From Acidobacteriota bacterium (lineage in GTDB: Bacteria > Acidobacteriota > Thermoanaerobaculia > Multivoradales > UBA5704), in assembly GCA_040005235.1 (NCBI GenBank), contig JBDTZG010000006.1:22203-86202 (forward strand): 64,000 nt of DNA. The letters are read 5' to 3'. Both the position numbers and the translations under genes were made by a program. Of this stretch, positions 58,395 to 64,000 are shown piece by piece (the first letter of the stretch is position 1; every line of letters starts with the position of its first letter). Under the pieces are notes generated by a model. The model saw nothing but the letters and a program-made list of their open reading frames with translations. It searched no databases and was not told the DNA's origin.

Positions 58395-59259
58395 GCCGCA
58401 CCCGTACCACGGCCCCGGGCTGAGCCGTGAGGTTGGCCCCGTCGAGCCGGGCCTCGACGAAGATCATCCGCGATGCCGGATCGATCTCCGGCGAGATCCG
58501 CTCGATGGTGCCGGAGAGATCGCCCAGATCGGCGGCCGAGGCGACGATCGGCGCGTCGAGAGCAAGGCTCTTCGCCTCGGCGGGCGGCACCGCGAAGCGG
58601 ACGATCAATCCCCCCTCGCTCACCAGCCGGACGATCGGCGTGCCGGCTCCTACGGTCGCCCCGGGATCGAGAAAGCGCTCAGCCACCGTTCCGGCAAACG
58701 GCGCCCGGATCTCGCTTTCGCCGACCGCGATCTCGGTCAACCGGACCCGCGCCCGCTCGCCGGAAACCCGGGCGCGGGCGGATTCGAGCGCCGCCTCGGC
58801 CTGCTGCTTCTGGATCTCGGCCTGGGCCAGATCCTCTTTCGAAAACGACTCGGGGATCGACAGCCGCCGCTTCTGACGGCTTTCGGCATCGGCGAGCGCG
58901 AGGTTTGCCTGCCGCTCCGCCGCCTGCGCTTCGCTCAGAGAGGCCCGCATTTGATCCAGCTCCCGGGCGAGCGAGGCGGCATCGAGCCGCGCGATCGACG
59001 CCCCTTTCGCCAGGCGATCGCCCGGCCGGACGAAGACCGCCTCCAACCGGCCGCCCGCCGCGGCGGCCACCGAAGTGGATTGGCGAGAAACGAGAACGCC
59101 CAGATAACCCGTGGGCCGGCCGGCCGAGGCCGCCGCGATCCGCTCGACCGGTGCGTCGGAACCCGGGGGAGTGGCGGGTTTGGCGGTCTGACCGACGGGC
59201 TTTTCGCCGCCGCAGGCCGCGAATCCCAAGAGAGCGAGCGGTAGAACCCAGGATTTCAT
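58387..59259 (-). CDS. Efflux-type periplasmic adaptor (membrane fusion protein, HlyD-like) lipoprotein
   Basis: Lipobox LLGFAACGG. Coiled-coil hairpin and beta-barrel MFP domains. 290 aa. No cognate pump gene is adjacent. Confidence 0.6.
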   Translation of the reverse strand: MKSWVLPLALLGFAACGGEKPVGQTAKPATPPGSDAPVERIAAASAGRPTGYLGVLVSRQSTSVAAAAGGRLEAVFVRPGDRLAKGASIARLDAASLARELDQMRASLSEAQAAERQANLALADAESRQKRRLSIPESFSKEDLAQAEIQKQQAEAALESARARVSGERARVRLTEIAVGESEIRAPFAGTVAERFLDPGATVGAGTPIVRLVSEGGLIVRFAVPPAEAKSLALDAPIVASAADLGDLSGTIERISPEIDPASRMIFVEARLDGANLTAQPGAVVRVRRG

Positions 59260-59262
59260 GGG

Positions 59263-60138
59263 GTGATCTTACCTCTGCCGCCAAGCAGACCCCCGGCATG
59301 CCGCGTGCTAGCATCCTCCCTCGTGAAAGACCCCCGCTTAAAAGCCCTGATCGACGACCTTTCCGCCCGCGAATCGATCCTCATCGCCTACTCGGGCGGC
59401 GTAGATTCGGCGCTGGTTGCCGCCTTGGCGTTTCGCGCCGTGGGGGATCGGGCGCTCGCAGTCACCGCGGCGGCCGAGACGCTCGCGGGCGCCGAGCTCG
59501 ACCATGCGCGAGCCCAAGCGGCGGAGATCGGCATCCGGCACGAAACGGTCACCTACAGCGAGCTGGACGATCCGGAATTCGTCGCCAACCCGAGCCACCG
59601 CTGCTACGTCTGCCAAGGGATGAGAATGGACGCGATGCTTACACTCGCCGCGGCACGCGGTTACGCCACGGTGTGCGACGGAACGAACGCTTCGGACCCA
59701 GGTCCCGACCGGCCGGGATTGAAAGCGATCCGCGAACGGGCGGTCTACTCTCCCTTGTTCGAGCACGGCATCGACAAGGCGACCACCCGGGCTCTCGCCA
59801 AGGAGCTGGGCCTTTCCGCTTGGGATCGGCCGGCGAACGCCTGCCTCTCCTCCCGCATTCCCCACGGTCAGCTGGTCACCCTTGGCAAGCTCAAGCGGAT
59901 CGAGGCGGCCGAGGAGATCGTGGCGCGCGAAGGGTTCCGTGTCGTCAGAGTGCGCCACGAAGCCGAAGGCGCCCGGGTCGAAGTGGCGGCCGACGAGGTG
60001 GCCCGGCTCGCCGACCTCTGGCCGAAGCTGGAAGCCCCGCTCCGCGGTCTCGGCTTCGCCAGGGCGAGCTACGACCCCTCGGGCTACCGCCGCGGCGGAG
60101 CGGATCTGCCCAGCCAACCCGAGACCCCGGCCGCGTGA
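59263..60138 (+). CDS. larE: LarE-like ATP-dependent sacrificial sulfur transferase (PP-loop ATPase); possible GTG start at 59326
   Basis: PP-loop SGGVDS. Conserved Cys context PANACLSSRIP. 291 aa from the first start. Confidence 0.65.
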   Translation: MILPLPPSRPPACRVLASSLVKDPRLKALIDDLSARESILIAYSGGVDSALVAALAFRAVGDRALAVTAAAETLAGAELDHARAQAAEIGIRHETVTYSELDDPEFVANPSHRCYVCQGMRMDAMLTLAAARGYATVCDGTNASDPGPDRPGLKAIRERAVYSPLFEHGIDKATTRALAKELGLSAWDRPANACLSSRIPHGQLVTLGKLKRIEAAEEIVAREGFRVVRVRHEAEGARVEVAADEVARLADLWPKLEAPLRGLGFARASYDPSGYRRGGADLPSQPETPAA

Positions 60139-60917
60139 ATCGCGATCAGCTCTCCGCGCTGCTCGCCGATGTGGCGGCCGGCACGACGCCTCCCGCCGAA
60201 GCGCTCGAACAGCTCGCCGAGTTGCCCTACGCCGATCTCGGTTTCGCGAGGCTCGATTTCCATCGCGAGCTGAGGAACGGTTTGCCCGAAGCGGTCTACG
60301 CCGAAGGCAAAACCCCCGAAGACCTGCGGAAGATCGCCGCCCGCTTCGTCGAAGCGCACGGCCGGCTGCTCGTGACCCGGCTCTCCGCCTCGGCAGCCGA
60401 GGTGCTCTGCGCCGATCTGCCCAACGCCACCTACCACCAACGCGCCCGAGTGCTCACGGTCGGCGGTCCGGTCGAGGTGGTGGCGGGAACGGTCTCGGTG
60501 CTCGCCGCCGGAACCTCTGACTTACCCGTCGCCGAAGAGGCCGCGGTCTGCGCTCGCTGGTTCGGCTGCCCGGTCGAAACGTCCTACGACGTAGGGGTCG
60601 CCGGCCTTCATCGCCTGCTCTCCCAACTCCCGGAGATCCGCAAAGCCGCGGTGGTCATCGCCGTCGCCGGAATGGACGGCGCGCTCCCCACGGTGGTTGC
60701 AAGCCTCACCTCGGCCCCCGTGGTCGCGGTCCCCACCTCCGTAGGCTACGGCGCGGCGTTTCACGGCTTGGCGCCGCTTCTCACCATGCTGAACGCCTGC
60801 GCCCCGGGCATTGGAGTGGTGAACATCGACAACGGCTACGGCGCCGCGGTGTTGGCGCACCGGATCGCGCGCTCCCGGCAAGGGGTGCCCTTGCCGCGTT
60901 GCGACAAGATCGGGTAG
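60135..60917 (+). CDS. larB: LarB-like PurE-family carboxylase/hydrolase (nickel-pincer cofactor pathway)
   Basis: GTG start overlapping the larE stop. PurE-like core VVIAVAGMDGALPTVVASLTSAPVVAVPTSVGYG. 260 aa. Confidence 0.65.
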   Translation: MNRDQLSALLADVAAGTTPPAEALEQLAELPYADLGFARLDFHRELRNGLPEAVYAEGKTPEDLRKIAARFVEAHGRLLVTRLSASAAEVLCADLPNATYHQRARVLTVGGPVEVVAGTVSVLAAGTSDLPVAEEAAVCARWFGCPVETSYDVGVAGLHRLLSQLPEIRKAAVVIAVAGMDGALPTVVASLTSAPVVAVPTSVGYGAAFHGLAPLLTMLNACAPGIGVVNIDNGYGAAVLAHRIARSRQGVPLPRCDKIG

Positions 60918-60962
60918 AAAGAGACTCGGAAGCGAAAGATCACCCTCTCGCTTGGAGGTTCC

Positions 60963-62414
60963 ATGACGGTTCAGTCGCCCCCTTCGCTCGACATCGCCGA
61001 GAATCTCGGGGAGCTGCGCACGCTCCTCGGTGCCCGGCTGCTTACCGAAGATTCGATTCTCGACAGTTTCCGCTCCGACTTTGGCCGGATGGTTGAGCGG
61101 CGTCCGGCCGCGGTCGCGCAGTGCACGACTTCGGCCGAAGTGGCCGAAGTCGTCCGTTTCTGCCGCCGGAATGCGATCGCGCTCGCACCCCGTGGCCAGG
61201 GCCACACCCAGACCGGCCAGGCCACGACCGAGGGTGGAATCGTCCTCGACACCGCCCTCTTGAATACCATCTACGAAATCGACGCCAAGGGTCTCTTCGC
61301 CGACTGCGGCGCCGGAGTGGTCTGGCGCGATCTGGTGAAAGAGTCGATCGACCGCGGACTCATCCCGCCAACGCTCACCAACAACCTAGGGGTGACGGTA
61401 GCCGGCACCACCTCCATGGCCGGTTTGGGCGTCGCGAGCTTCCGGAACGGTTCGCAGGCCGACAACGCGATCGAGATCGAGGTGGTGACGGGCGAGGGCG
61501 AGATCGTCGTCTGCTCGCACGAGAAGAACCGCGAGCTGTTCGACGCCGTTCGCTGCACGCTCGGCCAGATCGGCATCATCACCCGGGTGAAGACCCGCCT
61601 TCGGCCCGCCAAGCCGACCGTGCGCCAGTACAGCCTGGTCTACGACGACCTCGGCGCCTTCATGGCCGACGCGAAAAAGGTGATGGACGGGACGACGTTC
61701 GCCAGCATGGGCGGCATCTGTTCGCCCGCGCCGCTCGGTTTCCGCCGCATCGGCGAAGGGATGGAGCCGGGGGTCGGCGTGGTCGGCTTCGGCCACTGGA
61801 TCTTCCCGATGTTCCTGACCATCGAGTTCGGCCCCGGCGAAGAGCCGGACGACGACCAGGCGCTCGCCGAGCTATCGCCCTACCGGATCGCCCACATCGA
61901 GGACGCCACGCTGTTCGATTTCTGCCAGCGGATGGAGCCGATGTTCGCGATCTGGCGCCGCACCGGCTACTGGGATCACACTCACCCCTGGATGGAGACG
62001 ATCCTCCCTTGGGACGGCGCCAGGGAATACATCGAGATGATCCTCGCCAACCTCCCCCCCGCGGCGCTCGGCTTGGGCGGCCACGTCCTTCTCTGGCCGT
62101 CGCGCACCGACTGCTCCGAGGTGCCGTACTTCATGCATCCGGGGGGAGACTACGTCCTCGGCTGGGGCGTGCTCGGCGGAATGCCCAAAGAGCCGGCGGA
62201 CTTCTACGAGAAATACCTCCAGAACCTCGATTTCGCGAGCGAGCTGTCGATCCACCAGTTCGGCGGCAAGCGCTACCTCTCGGGCTACATCACCTTCGAC
62301 TCGGCCGAGCGCTGGGCGCTCCACTACGGCGACCAGTGGGAGCCGCTCAAGGCCGCGAAGAAGAAGTACGACCCCGACGGCATCCTCGCGCCGGGCTTCA
62401 TCGTTTGGGAGTAG
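60963..62414 (+). CDS. FAD-linked oxidase (PCMH-type FAD-binding domain)
   Basis: FAD_binding_4-like N-domain (ALAPRGQGHTQTGQATTEGGIVLDT). 483 aa. A GC-rich hairpin follows at 62424-62462. Confidence 0.7.
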   Translation: MTVQSPPSLDIAENLGELRTLLGARLLTEDSILDSFRSDFGRMVERRPAAVAQCTTSAEVAEVVRFCRRNAIALAPRGQGHTQTGQATTEGGIVLDTALLNTIYEIDAKGLFADCGAGVVWRDLVKESIDRGLIPPTLTNNLGVTVAGTTSMAGLGVASFRNGSQADNAIEIEVVTGEGEIVVCSHEKNRELFDAVRCTLGQIGIITRVKTRLRPAKPTVRQYSLVYDDLGAFMADAKKVMDGTTFASMGGICSPAPLGFRRIGEGMEPGVGVVGFGHWIFPMFLTIEFGPGEEPDDDQALAELSPYRIAHIEDATLFDFCQRMEPMFAIWRRTGYWDHTHPWMETILPWDGAREYIEMILANLPPAALGLGGHVLLWPSRTDCSEVPYFMHPGGDYVLGWGVLGGMPKEPADFYEKYLQNLDFASELSIHQFGGKRYLSGYITFDSAERWALHYGDQWEPLKAAKKKYDPDGILAPGFIVWE

Positions 62415-62504
62415 GGGCGGGCGCAACCCCCGCGAGCGATTGAAGCCCCTCGCGGGTTGCGGTCCCCACCACCCGAGGCGCGGCCACCACTCCGCCCGCT
62501 CCGC

Positions 62505-62913
62505 GGAAAGTTCCTGGGGCTCCACGGAATGTTCCTGAGGTCCAGAGGAAAACTCCTGAGGTCGCGAGGAATGTTCCGGAACACCGGAGGAGCATTCCTG
62601 AGATCAAGCGGAACGTTCCTGAGTTTCAGGGGAATGTTCCTGAGTATCAGCGGAGCATTCCTGCCAAAGCACGGAACGTTCCGTAGCGCTAGGAGAACAT
62701 TCCTGAGATTTAGAGGAATGTTCCTGTGCCTTAACGGAGTATTCCTGAGATTCAGCGGAACATTCCTGAGAACCAGAGGAATATTCCTGAGCACCAGCAG
62801 AGCATTCCGGAGCTTCAGAGGAGTTTTCCTCCGGTCCAGTGGAGCATTCCGCGCGCCAAACGGAGTATTCCTCTCATCCTGCGGAGCGTTCCGTGCACCC
62901 GGCGGAGCGGGTT
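62505..62913. repeat. Array of about 19 head-to-tail 21-bp repeats, consensus GGA-RNN-TTCCTGAG-N7
   Basis: Direct reading shows the unit length is exactly 21 bp throughout, with conserved GGA...TTCCTGAG and a variable centre and spacer. Both strands remain open through the array: + frame GxFLRxx, - frame LRNxPLx. It is not CRISPR, because there are no spacers. A related palindrome GGAAAC-agcg-GTTTCC lies at 62942-62957. Confidence 0.85.
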
Positions 62914-63251
62914 TTGCGGTCTCAACACTGCTGTGGCCACCGGAAACAGCGGTTTCCGCCTCCGCGACGCCCCCGGTCTCACCCTATCCCCAGGTGCCGC
63001 GAGACGCCGCACCTGGGACCCGGCCCGATCCGGCGCTTCGCACGCTTCGAGTTGGAGCGATTCGGACCAACCGGGCGAACTGCACAGCCTTTTGAGCAGC
63101 CTTTCGGAGTAATCTTCCCTGTATCGCTGTCTTCGAACCGTCACCGCGCTGCCGTGCGCGGGTGAAAGAATTCGCGGGCCGCTCCCTCCGGAAGGGGGCT
63201 GTCCGCACCCGGAACTTCGATTCGAGTCCTCGCCTGGGGAGAGAACCTCAC

Positions 63252-64000
63252 ATGCTCAAATTCCGCACTCTGCCGTTCCTCGCCCTTGTTGGCTTGGCTT
63301 TTGTCGTCGTTTTGCAGCCTGCCGACGCCCAGTGCGTCAGCTTGACCACTCTGGGATCGGCCGTCACCCAGAACTTCGACACCCTGTCGAACACAGCCGG
63401 GAGCACGACCAACAACCTGACCATCACGGGTTGGTTCCTGACCGAGTCGGGGGGCGGTGCGCGCGACAACGAGCAGTATGCGGTCGACAACGGTGGCAGC
63501 GGCACGGGAGACACGTACAGTTACGGAACGACGGCTGCCACCGACCGCGCTCTGGGCAGCCTTCGCTCCGGCACGCTGATCCCGATCTTCGGCTCCTGTT
63601 TCACCAACAACACGGGTGCCACGATTGGCAACCTGGCGATCGCCTATACCGGTGAGGAGTGGCGCCTGGGAACGGCCGCACGGACCGACCAGATCAATTT
63701 CGAATACAGCACCGATGCGACCGACCTGGTGACCGGCACCTGGACCGGCGTCGCCGCTCTGAACTTCGTCACCCCCGTCACCGCCACGACCGGAGCGAAA
63801 GACGGCAACTTGGCCGCCAACCGGACGGCGCTCTCCAGCACGATCTCCTCCCTTTCGATCGCCAACGGCGCGACCTTCTGGATTCGCTGGATCGATACCG
63901 ACGCGACCGGCGCGGACGACGGCCTGTCGGCCGACGATTTCTCACTCACGCCGACCGGCACGGTGGTGCTGCCCAACCTGACGGTCAACGACGTTTCGTT
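63252..64000 (+). CDS. Secreted protein, 3' end truncated by the window edge
   Basis: ATG at 63252 with a signal peptide MLKFRTLPFLALVGLAFVVVLQPADA. The frame is open to the end of the window. Thr/Gly/Asn-rich beta-rich composition. Confidence 0.5.
   Translation, partial: MLKFRTLPFLALVGLAFVVVLQPADAQCVSLTTLGSAVTQNFDTLSNTAGSTTNNLTITGWFLTESGGGARDNEQYAVDNGGSGTGDTYSYGTTAATDRALGSLRSGTLIPIFGSCFTNNTGATIGNLAIAYTGEEWRLGTAARTDQINFEYSTDATDLVTGTWTGVAALNFVTPVTATTGAKDGNLAANRTALSSTISSLSIANGATFWIRWIDTDATGADDGLSADDFSLTPTGTVVLPNLTVNDVS

Noticed and set aside
58473-60134. Upstream 550 codons of the 814-aa ORF that ends with LarB
   Set aside because: It has an Arg/Pro-rich nonsense composition and overlaps the MFP and larE genes. 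Only the last 260 codons, from the GTG at 60135, form the LarB gene.
62505-62913. CRISPR array
   Set aside because: The units are contiguous 21-bp repeats with no unique 25-40 bp spacers between them. No cas genes are nearby.

Overview
This is a high-GC (about 68-70%) bacterial chromosomal segment. An ADOP-type duplicated FtsX permease suggests an Acidobacteria-like lineage. The housekeeping core includes the rpsU-mutS2-dnaG-rpoD macromolecular-synthesis cluster, rlmN, folK, tatA, a potABCD-type polyamine ABC operon, ggt, pntAA, aqpZ and terC. Accessory content is mixed in with it. It comprises three toxin-antitoxin-like modules (VapBC, HEPN/MNT, a fused Phd-UPF0175 protein), two ECF sigma/anti-sigma pairs, a tandem pair of DUF3857/transglutaminase-like secreted proteins, a Uma2-DUF4351 nuclease, a DEAD/DEAH-DUF3516 helicase and two pseudogene remnants. 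The two regions I would look at first are these. (1) A roughly 2.2-kb low-GC island (19.2-21.4 kb) encodes a secreted protein with a Cys/Gly-rich tail and a membrane-anchored beta-propeller. It sits where the pntAB/pntB genes would be expected. (2) A roughly 410-bp array of about 19 tandem 21-bp repeats with core GGA-N3-TTCCTGAG (62.5-62.9 kb). Its copy-to-copy substitution pattern is compatible with a minus-strand heptad-repeat peptide (L-R-N-x-P-L-x), but it could equally be an iteron-like protein-binding array. I found no rRNA, tRNA or CRISPR. All calls rest on manual reading of the six-frame translations and motifs; no database search was possible.
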